Shown one piece after another: positions 11,070 through 23,399 of a DNA stretch of 64,000 nt. The notes beneath the pieces are model-generated. The model did not search any database. It had not been told where the DNA came from and saw only the letters and a list, made by a program, of their open reading frames with translations. The position numbers and the translations under genes were made by a program. The stretch spans positions 17,762,589-17,826,588 of the forward strand of contig CP154954.1 in assembly GCA_039621445.1 (NCBI GenBank). The letters run 5' to 3'. Within the stretch, counting starts at the first letter, position 1. Every line of letters starts with the position of its first letter. The DNA comes from Euglena gracilis. Taxonomy: Eukaryota.

Positions 11070-12265
11070 GTGCACTGAAATTAGGGGGGCCAGGGCATTC
11101 TCTAAAGCACCTTGGGCACCAAGTCTTTGGTAATGGGCTGTAAAAGCCTCCACCCCGTTCCACTGACCAACTTCACAAACTTCTTGGGCAGAAAGGCCCA
11201 ATTTTTTGAGCAAACCAACCCCTGCTCCTCTGGTGGAGTGGTATCCCCAAACTTGGGGGGTCCCCATGTTGGGATAAAAATGTTTTTGTAATGGAAGCAA
11301 CTATATCAGCACTTATGGCTCTATAGGAGGGTTTTAACGAATTAAATGGGACCCTCAGGTTTCACAAAGAAACGTGTTGCTGCCACATAGGACATCATCA
11401 AATGAAAGGGACTGATTTAGGGACAGTGAGGAATTGCAACAACTCTCTCCCACTTGTGGAACTTGTGGCCTTTACGCTTAATTTTGATCTAGGCAGCCCC
11501 ACCCAACACACTGGTTGTTCTTTGGACCTGTGCCAAATCTGAACTTCTGTATAAACAGAGAATTATGCAGCAAAAAATGAGTTGTGTACGTAATGTACAA
11601 ATATCAGTGGGCAGGGGGGACTGTGCCAGCCCCAGGAGGATTGAGAGGGGATCCCCAAAAGCACCATACTTATCTAGATTTTGGTTCCAAAGCCTTTTGT
11701 AAGGGGCTAACATGCCATGGAACTTCAGACCACCAAGGCCGAAGTTCAAAGCCAGGGATTAAAAGCATAGCACAGTATGCATTACGGACCTGTGCCTTTG
11801 AAAAATGAAAAATTTGTATTAAAGCGTCAACCACTTGGTCAGTGGTGGCTGTAGGGGGGGGGGGTACCCCCCTTTTCCAGAATGACCCATAGAAGCGTAA
11901 AGGCGTTTTGGTAACGCCCTATACTGGGGTTTCTTCCCAGGAAATTGTTAGTGGACTTATTTTGTATTTGTTTCTCTTCCAAAATTTGCCTGAGAAAATC
12001 ATGCAAAGAAAGGGCCACCTGGGGGGTGGCATTTTTTCTCCCCTGCAATTGGTGAAAATACCCTTGTAGGGGGTGATTTTCAGGGAGGGGGTCCCTGGCA
12101 CTTTCATTTTTATTAACTGGGGCCACCAGGTGGCTGATTCCCAGTAGGGGGTTACCATCAAATCTTTTGTCTGCAGAGAATTTTTCAATCTGGGAGGAAT
12201 TTTTGAATTACTGACCAGGGGGGGGGGGGTTGCATAAAGGTGCCCCAGATTGTCCAGGGGAAATT
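11070..12265 (-). pseudogene. DIRS family 2 tyrosine recombinase plus MTase fragment, unit 3
   Basis: Near-identical to unit 1, with the same inactivating lesions. Confidence 0.85.
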
Positions 12266-12271
12266 GCAGTG

Positions 12272-12512
12272 AACGGGGGGGGGCGGTCGGCCACTCCGAA
12301 AAACGGCCACTTTCCAGTCACTTTAGGCATTTTAAGTCCAAAAAAATTTCTGGCGCCTTCGGCGCCCGGGTCACTCAAGCCACTTTTGCCCACTCCTGGC
12401 CGACCCCCTCCCCTGGGGGGGATGGGGTCCGGGCCAAAAACCAGTCAGTCACTCTGAAAAAACCCAGTCACCCACCCCCCCCCCTGGGGGTGTGGTCGGT
12501 CAGTGCTTAAGC
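12272..12512. other. Short G/C-run-rich element with GCGCC-TTCG-GCGC hairpin (possible non-autonomous TE)
   Basis: AAAAAAATTTCTGGCGCCTTCGGCGCC at ~12340-12366 and repeated CAGTCAC motifs. It abuts the end of the tandem array. Confidence 0.35.
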
Positions 12513-12721
12513 AACTGCCTGTTGGTGGGTTGACCCAAGGCGTATGAATGCCTTCTTTAATAATTTGGCAGGTTGCTGGGGGGGGGGGCATTTTTCTGCC
12601 ACCATTTTAGACTTTTTTGCAGTCTCTGGTGTAGGGGAGGGAATTTCCCCATTTTTCCTCCATCAAATTTATTCCCCAATCAGTTGATATACTGGGGGTT
12701 GGGTTGGGTGTGCTGGACATT

Positions 12722-12839
12722 TGTGAGTGGTCCAGGTGCATTTTTATAGTCACCATGAAATCACAGGCTGAAGCCTAATTCAAACAGGCAGATCCTAATT
12801 CACAGCAAAAATGATGGTGCTGTCTGTAGGTGGCTGTCA
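12722..12839. repeat. ~118-bp direct repeat; the second copy is split by element A (13451-13506 + 44524-44590)
   Basis: TGTGAGTGGTCCAGGTGCATTTT...CACAGGCTGA..CCTAATTCAA.CAGGCAGATCC...GGTGGCTGTCA is intact here and interrupted at CTGAG in the second copy. Confidence 0.85.
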
Positions 12840-13506
12840 ACCATCGAGATGTACAGCCAGATTTGGTGAGATGTCGTTCTGTTGCCTGCCAGACAGATTC
12901 TCTGAGCCAGGAATCCGTGGCTTGCCAGACATCTGGCAAAAGGCGGACAAGGACCAGACGGCTACAGCCGTCTGGTGGCCGAGATGGCTCGACCACCAAA
13001 AAAGTTTGGAAGATTTGAGGATTGATGCACAAAATTGGGGACCAGATTGGACATTGCAAAGACATTGTGATTGGTAATTACAATTTGCTGCAACTTTGAT
13101 TGTGGTCGGCTGCTGGGTATTTGTCTTTGGGTGTGGCCTGACGCCGCGGTACTGTGTGTACACCTGTGGATCGGCTGCGAAAGAATTTATCCGATGTGGC
13201 CTGATGCCGCAGAAGCGTGCTGCAATTTGGCTGCTAATCCCTCATTGGCTGAAACATAATCGCTCAGATCGTGTCACCCCTGTGTGCTGTGTAGTGTGTC
13301 GGTGGCAGGTGTGAAGACAATCACCCAGGACAGTGCCATTACAATTTCAAATGGACCACGTTTTTGCCCGGCCCCTCAAAAAATTTTGATGCCCCTGGCC
13401 CAATTTGGAGTCAGGTGAGATTGCCGAGGGCAATCTCTTGAGCAGGGGTGTGTGAGTGGTCCAGGTGCATTTTCATTTTCATGTCACCAGGAAATCACAG
13501 GCTGAG

Positions 13507-13946
13507 AGTGTACGTCCTACCTTATCGCTTTCGCCGTTTGGTGCGCACAAAAGGATATAAGTAGGCGTAACAAGAAAAAATATCAAATAAATATAAAAGT
13601 TGTTTTGCCCTTTTCCCCAATTAAGAGGCAGAGCACAAGACAGGGGAGAAGCCCTATGGGCTACGGAAATCGATGGCGGTTTTTGACTGTCCTTTCAGGA
13701 CTTCAAATCAGAAAAATCAAAGTTGAAAACTCAAGTCTTGAATCAAAGACCAGAATGGAATAAAATAGAAAATACCACCTGTGGAGAGGAGAACCAGAAT
13801 TATGCTTAGGTATTCCTAATTCAGGCCTTTGGCCATCTGTAGGAATAACACCTAGCATAGTACTGTGTATGGGCACAGAGGTATATCTGGCCGTAGGCTT
13901 ATACCTACATACACAGTACCATCGCCTTACGGCTGCCTGGTACACA
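13507..13946 (-). repeat. 3' LTR of element A
   Basis: Direct repeat of 44077-44518; preceded on the sense strand by PPT GGGAGGGGGA (13947-13956). Confidence 0.93.
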
Positions 13947-14773
13947 TCCCCCTCCCAGGGCTATGCCCGATTTCACTACTGGACCAGGCCAGCCGGAATG
14001 CCGGACACAGTCCTGGAGACGGGGACCTGTCACAGAGCCGTATGCGGCTTTTGGTTCTCCTGTCACCAGGGGTGTGGGAAGGAAATTGCGAAAAAACGCA
14101 AAAAAGCGCAAAAGTGATTAACCGCTTATGCGGTGCCTACTTATTGCGGCAAAGTGGTGGAAGCGGAAGAGCCCATTGGGGGCCGGAAGGTTTCCATTCC
14201 AGAAAGTCCCATCCACCCAGTTTGGGGTGTGTCTATGACACGTCGGGAGGTCTCATTCCATAATTGGAAAGGATGGAAGGGTAGGGTGTGGAAGGAGGGG
14301 GCACCTGGCCAGTCATATCTGACCAGGGAGGAAGACCTATTTACAAAACCAACTGCCGGCGACAGCGAGATTTTGCCCCGGGGGGTAAAGGAGAGAGGAG
14401 TGGGGGGCTGGTCAAAAGACCTTAGCAGAAGTTTTGCTGTCTGGCAATCTTATGTGGCCTTATAGCCGAAAAGTAACAAGTTGGGAGCTATTATTACGGT
14501 GTGCGCGCTGTACGCTGTGTGTCTTCTTACTGGCGGCATATACCGCTGTGGGAAGGCTTCACGGCGCGGCGCGGACACGATGTTGTCGATAGAGTATCCC
14601 TAGAGGCATATACCTCGACAGATGGGCGATAGCCCTAACGAGAGGGGGTCATATGCTAGTAAAAATACATAATGGCAGATGTGCCTGGGAAGGATACCGA
14701 ATACAGGGCCTATAGGCCTGATGGAAAGGTCAGAACAGGGTCCATGGACCTGTGGCTTGTAAGCCTGGGGTAT

Positions 14774-15611
14774 CTATGGCACAGAGGGGCATTTCCTGGG
14801 AGTCGGTGGTCTGATCTCCCGAACGTAATCTCCTTCAGGAGATTCCACTATCTCCAGTATTGGAGGTTCAAAATTTACAAGTTGCCTTTCAGGCTCATCG
14901 ACATCAAAATCGGGATATTCCCATTTTTGTGTAAAACCCATCGGGTAATCGTACTCCAAGCCTGTTGGCTTCTCGATGAAGAAAATTCTGGAGATTATCC
15001 CAGAAGAAAAGTGGCAACATTGCCGGCCAGATCCAAAAATTTAGGCGGGGGTGGTTGCATTGAACCTGTGGGGGTATCCCCGGATAAACGGCAGGATCTG
15101 CCTTGGTGTGCCAATCTGCGACTCGCGCTCGGATGGTGAATGGCCTTAAAACTTCTCTTACCCAATCGGTAAATTCCATTTTGTAGGCCTCAGGGGGGTA
15201 CTCAGGCAACAAAAATGTAAAATTTGGTCGGTTCGGCAGGCTTTGTGCCGAAAAAAGTGGGTATATCACCCTGTCCCAATCGGAATATTGAAAAATGTAT
15301 GGCACTTTGGCCTTGCCTGCTGACTCGACTGCGAGTCTGGCAAGCTGCGCTGTCAAGATGAAAATTTTTGGCGATTCCGCCTGTACGATAGCTGTGTACA
15401 GCTTTAAATTTCTTGAACTGGTAGAAATTGATTTGGGACTTATAGTCCTGCTTGAATTTGACCAGATGGTCTTCATTTTCTGGTATGACTCTGGTCATAC
15501 CGCCAGTGGCAGGTAACCAGAATTCTGCCTGTAGGCAGTTGATGCAACGGACAGGTATGTCCTTATCTTAAACGTTTTCCGTCCGGCGGAAATTGTCCAT
15601 ATTGGACCATG
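14774..15611 (-). pseudogene. C-terminal part of element A accessory ORF (downstream of nested element B)
   Basis: Removing B joins ...VCGDCLLT to WSNMDNFRRTENV*DKDIPVRCINC in frame with ORF 15202..15498. It continues by frameshifts into 14904..15476 and 14774..14959. Confidence 0.65.
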
Positions 15612-16251
15612 AGCTTCCCAGGGGGGGGTCCCGGTCTCGCTGGGGTTCCGGCAGGGTGGGTCCCGGGTCACGGATCCGGCGAGGGGGGGTGCGCGGGTGG
15701 CTCAGCCCCCACGGAGGCCCTGGGAAGCTCCGTGGGTGCTTGGAATGGGTTGGGATCCATTTTTTAGTATTCCCGGCGGCGGAGTGGAGGGGGGTGCCTC
15801 CTGCGATGCCTCTGGGGGTCTGCGGAGCCGCTTAGGTGGGCCCTCGCAGGGGGGTAAATTGAGGGGGGACAGAGGGGGGGCGGAAAAGCCTGGGTGCTAG
15901 GGGTTTTCAGGGGGTGCTTACCACCATTATAGCCACTTAGCCCATCCAAATCCAGAAAGTACCTTTGAAATTGCCTTGGGGCGCTCCTGGTAGGCCAATT
16001 CCTTGAGGTTTTCTTTGATCTCCTTGAAGGTATTTTCTCCTTTGGCAGTTTCCTTTGGTTTCTTTGAATTCTTTGAATTTGATTAAATTGAACAATTGAA
16101 CTTGAACAATTGAATTCCACTGCACAAATCAGATTGAATGCATGGAAACAAGGGAGCCTGCTGAAGGCAAATGCAGAAAGGGGGTGGTCAGGTAGTAGCG
16201 GAGGGTTCCGCTACTTTGTGTGCGCATGCGCTCAGGCCGCCGCCGCCCACA
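15612..16251 (-). repeat. 3' LTR of element B
   Basis: Direct repeat of 28575-29214 with scattered substitutions; PPT at 16252-16261. Confidence 0.93.
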
Positions 16252-19200
16252 CTCCCCTTCCTACCGAGGCGCCGGCCTCGCCTGCCTTTGGCTTACCCCG
16301 GCGGCGGGGGGCGGGAGCGGTGCGCACCAGGCATCGAGTGCACTATGTACAAAAAAAAAGGGAAAGGAACGTTATAACTGAGGGATGCAAGAATGGGGCC
16401 GTTCTGAAGGAACTTCGGCCTGGGGGTCGGCTTTGGCTCCGCCGTCCCTCCACAGAGCCCCGGGCGCGGAGCGCTGTGTGGCTTCCCGCCGCAGCGGTAG
16501 AACCGGCTGCGGGCGGGGCTCTGTGGGCTCGGGTTGGGTGTGCGACCGACCGCCCACTCCCTGTTCGGAAGCGCCGGCAGCCTGGTGGGTGAGGATGTCG
16601 TCCTCCGGGTTGACTTGCAGGCTGCGGCCAGGGAGTGGGTAAGGCATGTGCGCTCCCCGGCGGGCCTGGGGGGCGTGCTTGGGCTCGCCCTTGGCCGGGG
16701 GGGGGCGTGCCTCGCTCTGGGGCTGGCTGGTGCACGCTTGGGTCTGCCGGCTGGGGGGGGGGGTACCCTGCCCCTGGCTGGCTGGTGCGCGCTCGTGGCG
16801 CCTGGTGTGTGCATGCTCTGCGGGTGGCGTGCCTCCTCTTGCCCCCCGCTGTTGCCTGGCGCCCCTTCACACCTACGCCGGGGTGCCGTGGCCTTCCTTG
16901 AGGCCGGGGTCAGGGGGTTCGGTGGTCCAGGAAAGGAAAGAGTGAGACAGGGAAAAGGTGCGGTCCAGGGTCAACCCTCACCACAAGGTCAACCACAGCC
17001 TCCTGTGCTGCTCGCCGAACCACATTGCCACCGGCTGCGCTGCACTGTTGAATCCACGAGAAATCTGACGATGGGCACCAGGATGCAGATAAAACAATAC
17101 GGTAACGATGCAGATTGAACAAAACGGTGGTACTGCCCAAACCCCCTTACTCACCCCAGGTTGGCAGCAGGCTTTTCCGCTTTCCCCCCCCCCGCCCCCC
17201 TCAGGCTTGCGTAGCCGGGGCAAACGGGCGGCGGCCGGCTGGGTCCGGTCCGCCAGGTCGCACCGTGGGCCGGCTGGGCCTTTAGGGCCGGTCCCTCCGG
17301 TGGCGGGCCCCCTACCCGCCTGGGATGCGAGGGACGGGTCACTGGGAAGCCTGGGTACGAACCGTCAGACCTGGGTGAGGCAGGCTCGGGCTCGGTGCCA
17401 CACGGGCACGCACGGCTGCGTTGGGTCGCATGGTAACGTGCATGGGGTGGGACGTGCCATGGGGGGCACGTGTTCGGGCGGTGCTGCGTGGTGACTGGTC
17501 GTTGTGCTGCGGTGCGGTGCGGTGGGAGACGGGTCGGTGGGTCGGAGGCTGAGGTGAGGAGAACTGCGGGGCTGCGGGATTGGGGTGGCACTAGGGTACG
17601 GAGCTGATGTATGAGTTGTGGTGAGAGGTTGGGGAAGCTGGAAGCTGAGGGTGCTGTTGGAGGTTGGAGCTATGTTGAGGTTGCCGCTTCTGCCGTTGAC
17701 TAGGCCAGGTGGACCCGACCGGGCGCCTATGGTGGGCCTCTCTTTTGGCCTGCGTGGGCTTGGGCGTTTTTGGGGCTCTCCCCTTCCTGGCTTGCTGTTC
17801 CCTCGGCTGGTGTCGGTCTCTCCCGTTTCTCGTTGGGTGCTGTGGTGGCTCTTCGCCATTTTCTCTTGTGCTGGTGGGGTGTTTTTGTCTCTGCGGTTTT
17901 GCTGTCTCTCCTCTTGCTGGTGGCCCCGTCGCTGGGGTTCTGGGGGCTTCTGCCCCTCACAGCTGCTGGTTCGCCTCCTTCTCCTCCCATGTCCACTCAG
18001 TGGGGGGCTCTTCCCACTCAAGTGGCCACTTCTTGTCTTGCCTCGGTCCTCCTTCTACTGCTGACAGCCACACCCTGGACACCTCTGTTGGGTGTTTGGC
18101 CAGATGGGCCATGACATCCTCCTTCAGGTTCTTCTTCTGGAAGTAATCAACGATGGGCTGACTGTAGCTGTGGAAGAAATGGTGCAGTGGTTCCCAGGTG
18201 AGTTCGGTGGAACCTTCCCACTGCACCTTGAACTCCAACTCTCCTCCTGGCGTTCTTCGGTGGGTCACCACTTTTTCGACGTTCCACTCATCGATCCCGG
18301 TTGGAGGATCTGACCGGGCGTGCTTGAAGTGGAATAGCTTCACCGGTGATCCCAGCTCTTCATCGCCCTCTGTGTACGCCTTCAGCTGGCATCGGTGTGC
18401 TTCTTGCATCCTTCCTTCCTGCAGCTCCACCACGTAGCCGTGCTCACTCCTCCTCTCCATCACGCGGCATGGGCCCAGCCAGTAGCTCTCCAGCTTCTCT
18501 CCTGGCCTGCCCCTTGGCCGCAGGTAGCACGCCTTGCTGCCCACTTGCAGTGGTGTCAACTCCTTGCGTCGCTTGTTCAACTGCTCGGTCTTTTTTTGAT
18601 GCAACTGGTTCACGGTGTCTGCGACTTTCTTGTCCACCAGCTTCTGCCGCTCGAAGAAGCTCACTGCATCTTCGGCCTTGGTGGGTGGCTCGTAGGGGAC
18701 ACCAGCATACGGCCGGTGCCTTCCATAGAGCACTTCGTATGGCGATAGCCCGCCTTGGTCCTTCTTTGTCGTTGAGGCGTTGGACAGCGATGGGGAGTGC
18801 TTCCACCCACGGAATTCCTTTCTCTTCGTGGATGTGCCGCAGCTGCTTCTGCGGCTGTGCTCCCATCTGCTCTGCTCTGCCGTTGGCGGGGTGGTGGTGT
18901 GCTTGGGAGTAGGCGTGCTGCACGCCTTGCAGGGCACACATCGTTCGCCACCACGCTCCTGCGAAGTGGGGCCCCCTGTCCGAGGTGATCACACTTGGGA
19001 TCCCATGGGGCGACCACCACTTGCGGTACATCGCCTTGGCGACCTTGGCTGCCGTCAACCCCCTCGTGTGGTGTGCCGTGGCCACCGCCCAGCCGCTGTG
19101 TCTGTCGACGCAGCCCGCGACGACATTGAACAGCTTGCCCTCGAACTCCACCTCGGGCATCACAAACAGGTCGATGCAGACACTGGTCATGATGTCGGGC

Positions 19201-22200
19201 GGCACCGGTGTCGGTGTCACCTTCAGGTGCAGCGGCTAATGGGGGTGTTCCACTGCTTGGCAGTAGCTGCAGATTTTCTGCATCCTCTCTGCCAGCTTCT
19301 TTGCCTCCTCCTCGTCGGCGAACTGGAAGAAACGGTGAGCCTCCTTCATGAGCATCTCGCCTGCCCAATGGCCCGTTTGGGCATGCTGTGCTCTGAGGAC
19401 CTTGCCCCCCAGGCCCGTTGGCACGCACCAGACCCCATCCTTCAGGAGCCTCTTGTGTTAAACCCGGTAGCCCTTGGGCCACGGGTCTCCGATCGTGGTG
19501 TCATGCCACACGGTTTGTCATCTGGGGCACTTCTCGTAGTGCGGTCCCCAGTCCATGGTGTAGATGTCGATGTCCTCCTCGGCGTCTGCGGGGTCGGTGA
19601 TGGGATGATCAGGGGCAGATGTGGTTGGGGAGGGTGTTGGAATGTGTGGTGATGATGAGGATGGTGAGGGTGCTGGGATGCTGGATGACGGGGGTTGCGG
19701 CTGCACGATAGAGGTTTCGGGATGTTGATGGGGTGATGAGGTTGCTGGGTCGGCGGTTGATGTTGTGGCATCCTTTTCCTTGGGTGTTTCTGCTGTGGGT
19801 GCTGTGATTTCCACCACGTCATCCTCGTCCTCCACTGAGTCTTTGGCTGATTTGCTGCTGGTCTGTGGGACTGCTGGCTTTTCGTTTTTCTTTGGCATGC
19901 TGCTGGCTTGTCTGGCGGGTCTGGTGGGTCTTGCTGTGTCTTGCTGTGCTGGGCTTGGCGTCTCCATGTCGGTGGACCCCTTGGCTGTTGGTGCTGGCTG
20001 GTTCTTTTTCATCTGTGCTCGGGTGGTCACTGCCACTTCGGTGTTCTCGGTGGTTTTGTGCTTGAGCCGTATGATGCACACTTGCTTTTCTTCGGTGGCT
20101 GTGTCGATTGGGTGAGTGGCCTTTGGACACGATCTCTCCTCTTCCTTCTCCTTCTGGATTTGTTTTTGCATTTCTTTCGTGTCTTGATCGGTGCCATGCC
20201 AGGTGATGTCCTTGAAGCCTTGGCTGGCGGGATATGCCCATCTTGAGAGCGCATCTCCGATGGTGTTTGCTTGGCCTGGCACATGGATGACTTCCAGCCG
20301 GAAGTTGTTGAGCTTTGCATGCCACCTTGCTCGGCGGCCTTGTGGGCCGACTCCTGCGACATGCTCTTTGTACCACCCTTGTAGGCTCTTGTGGTCTGTC
20401 AGCACCAGCACCTCGTTGTCCAGAATGTACGGCGCCCACTTGTCCAGGGCGGAGACGATTGCATATGTCTCCTTGTCCCTGGTGTCCCACTTCTGCCGTT
20501 GGCCATCGGTGAGCTTGCGGCTCATGAAAGCCACGGGGATGGAGGCACCTGGCTTGATGTCCGCGAGGGACGGGAGTCCTTCCACCAGTGGTAACTGCTC
20601 CAGCGCCGCACCCACCGCATAGTCCGATGCATCTGTCCGAAGGACAAACGGCTTGGTCGGGTCCATGTGGTACAGCGCGAGGTCTGCCACGAGTGCCTGC
20701 TTCAGGCGCTCAAATGCGTTCTCTTCCTCGTTGGTCCATGTCACCGGGTGTTTGCTGCCTGCTTTGGCGAGCTCTCGGGGCAGCTTCAGCTTTTCCTGCA
20801 GCGGTGCCGCATATTCGGCGAACATTCGCACGTATCCGCTGTAATAATTGCACAACCCCAGAAATGCCTGGAGGTTGGAAACGTTTTTGGGCAGCTCCCA
20901 CTTCTGGACAGCTGCCAGTTTTCCTGGGGCTGGCGACCTTCTTCCTCCTCCCAGCACATGGCCGACAAACTCCACTCGGCGCATGAACAGCTTGACCTTC
21001 TTGGGGTCTGAGAACCACTTGTCGCACTCGAGGGCTGCCAGCGTCTCCCGGACATCTGCGGCATGGGCCTTCAGGAAGTCTTCTTCCGATTGGCCGACTT
21101 CTCTTTTGGTGCAGATGATGATGTCATCAAAGTACGGCCTTGTGCCTTTGCAGTCCGGCACACGTCGCATCGATGTCCCGTTGCAGCAGTGCTGGGCCCA
21201 CATTGATCCCTTGTGGGACCACGGTCCACTGCCACAGGCCGCCCGGCATTTGGATGTTGGTGATTGGCCGGGACTCGGCGTCAAGGGCGACTTGATGGAA
21301 GGCATCCCTGAGGTCCACTGTGCTGAACAGCTCACATCTTGCTTGCCCGGCCACGATATCCTCGGTGAGGGGCAGCGGGTAGCTGTCCGGCTGCAGCTGC
21401 TTGTTGGTGAGCGCATAATCGCACACCAGTCTCCACTTCCCGCTTTTCTTTTTTATTGGGAAGGCGGCTGCCCTCCATGGACCCCTCCCGGGTTCCAGCT
21501 TGCCGTCCTTCCGGCACTCTGCCTCCATTTCCCTCAGGGCATCATGCCTTTCTCCTCTCAGGTGGATCACTCTGCCCACCACTGGCACTGCACCTGACTT
21601 CAGCCTGAGCACGGCCTTGCCATGCGTCCCTCTTGCTGGGGGATTTGGCCACACTCTTTCCCGGAAGACGCGTCCTGCGTATTCATCCAGGATTTCTTGC
21701 CGGAGCTTGGATGCCAGTGGATCTGGATGCTCGTCGTCTGACTGCACCACGCCTCTGATTTCCACCTGCTCGCCCTGCACTTGGAGGACGTGCCTTGCTG
21801 CTTCCTGGAGTGCCTCGTTGTTGGAGATCTCCTCATCCGACGCACCTTCATCCTCCTCGGCTTCATGGACCTCTCCGGGGATGCACATCCGCATCTTCTT
21901 CACGAATGCCAGCATTTGCTCCTCCACATCTTCTTCTTCTTCCCACAGACACTCTTCTTCCTCTTGATGTCGTGTTGCCGTTGATGACAGGGGTTGCTGG
22001 AGGAGATGTTGGGTTGAGGATGCTGGGTGTGGTTGCGGCTCTTGCTGGGTGACCACTGTTGCTGTCGATCTTCCTTGTCCTTGGACGGTGCTGTTCTTCT
22101 GCGGCCACAGCACCCACCGTGGCGGATCATGCAGCTGGAGTGCATCTCTCCATGGCTGCACATCGAGGCGATTGACCTTCAACCACGGATATCCGAGGAT

Positions 22201-22639
22201 GAGGTCGCAGCCGATGTCCCCGTCGTGTGCGGTGACGGTGCTGCTCCACTGACTGCCCACTGGCACGCCCTCTTCGGTTCTCGCCTCGAAGGAGAGAGTG
22301 ATGGTGGCCACATTCTTTCCTCCGTTGAGCTCTTCGCCACTCACTGTCTTGAGCAGCAGCGGCTTGCTGGACTGCGTGAAGCAGGCTTCTGGAAGCAGGT
22401 CCTTCCGGCAGAGAGACGTCTGGGCTCCGGTGTCGATGAGCGCTTTTGCTTGGCGGCACTCACCATTGGCTTCCACGGTCACTTCCAGCAGCAGCTGGCA
22501 TCCGCCTCCTCTCCTTTGCATCCTGCCCACTCGAAAGCGGGCCGGCTTCAAATGCCATGGCTTGATGGTCACCTCTTGCACTTGGCTGTTGCGTACTGCT
22601 CCTTCTGCTTCGGTCGCTGCTTGTGGTCCTGTGCCTTGG

Positions 22640-23245
22640 CACAGGTACTCCACCACGCCGCTTGGGATTCTGTATGCCTCCTCTCGTGACACCCTGTGGG
22701 GGCACCTGCCTCCCAGCTGGAACCGGTGGCGCCGTCTTCCTTTGTCCCCTTGCACCGAGCTTTTGCATCGGCCATCGCACAACACGTTGGTGAGATCCCT
22801 GGCCATCTCCTTCGGTAACCAGAACCGGGTGGGCTTCCGGTAGCCGAAGTCTTCGAACATGCAGTAGTCGAGGTCCACAAAGGCCAGGTCTCGGACTACT
22901 CGCCTCCTGCGGAGCAGCCCGTGCCGGGGAATCTCGATCCACCACTTCGCCGGAGCGAGGTACTGGATGATCTCTTTTGTCTTCCTCACCACCGCATCTG
23001 CTTCCCTCAACCGCCTCGGCCTTGTCGTCATTGCCGACGAGTACTCGGTGCATGGTGGGGATGCTGCCACCAGATCGAAGTCACCAGGGGGATACTGCTG
23101 CCAGTACTCCCATCGCCTGATGTCTGCCACCACATCGGGATGCCACCGGGAGTCCCAGTCGACACTCACGACATGGTAGCCCATTGCCTCGAGGGCCCGG
23201 CGGACACTGCCCGTCTCGGAGAACAGGTCCAGTGCCCAGAGCTCA
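22640..23245 (-). CDS. C5-cytosine DNA methyltransferase domain within pol of element B
   Basis: Motif I LDLFSETGS, II VSVD, III ADI, IV FDLVAASPPCTEYS, VI WWIEIP (ENP-like), VII LDYCMF, VIII YRKPTRFW, and C-terminal YRIP. Confidence 0.88.
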
Positions 23246-23399
23246 CGTCCGCGGCTCTGCTGGTGCTTCTCTTCTTTTGCTTCAGGCGTCACTGAGCCTG
23301 GAGGCACGGATGTGGATGTGGCTTGGGCGATGTTGCTGGATGTTGGATGCGGATGCGGTGTTTCTTGTTGTAGATGTTGTCTTGATCCTTCTTGAGGCG

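Larger units (their letters stand above)
6824..12271. repeat. Tandem array of three ~1.815-kb units (6824-8637, 8638-10454, 10455-12271), each the 3' half of a DIRS family 2 element
   Basis: Each unit starts AGATGCCATTTCAAAGAAG and ends ...TTGCAGTG. Each contains the right terminus/ITR, ICR, a decayed YR and the MTase C-terminus. Units differ by few substitutions and homopolymer lengths. Confidence 0.95.

Noticed and set aside
16262-17950. Many 100-220-aa ORFs on both strands in the 3' region of element B
   Set aside because: GC-rich low-complexity sequence is open in several frames at once; no recognisable domain or env-like signature.
22640-23245. Bacterial restriction-modification system or contamination as source of the MTases
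   Set aside because: The MTases are in-frame domains of retroelement polyproteins bounded by LTRs/ITRs; no cognate endonuclease or operon structure.
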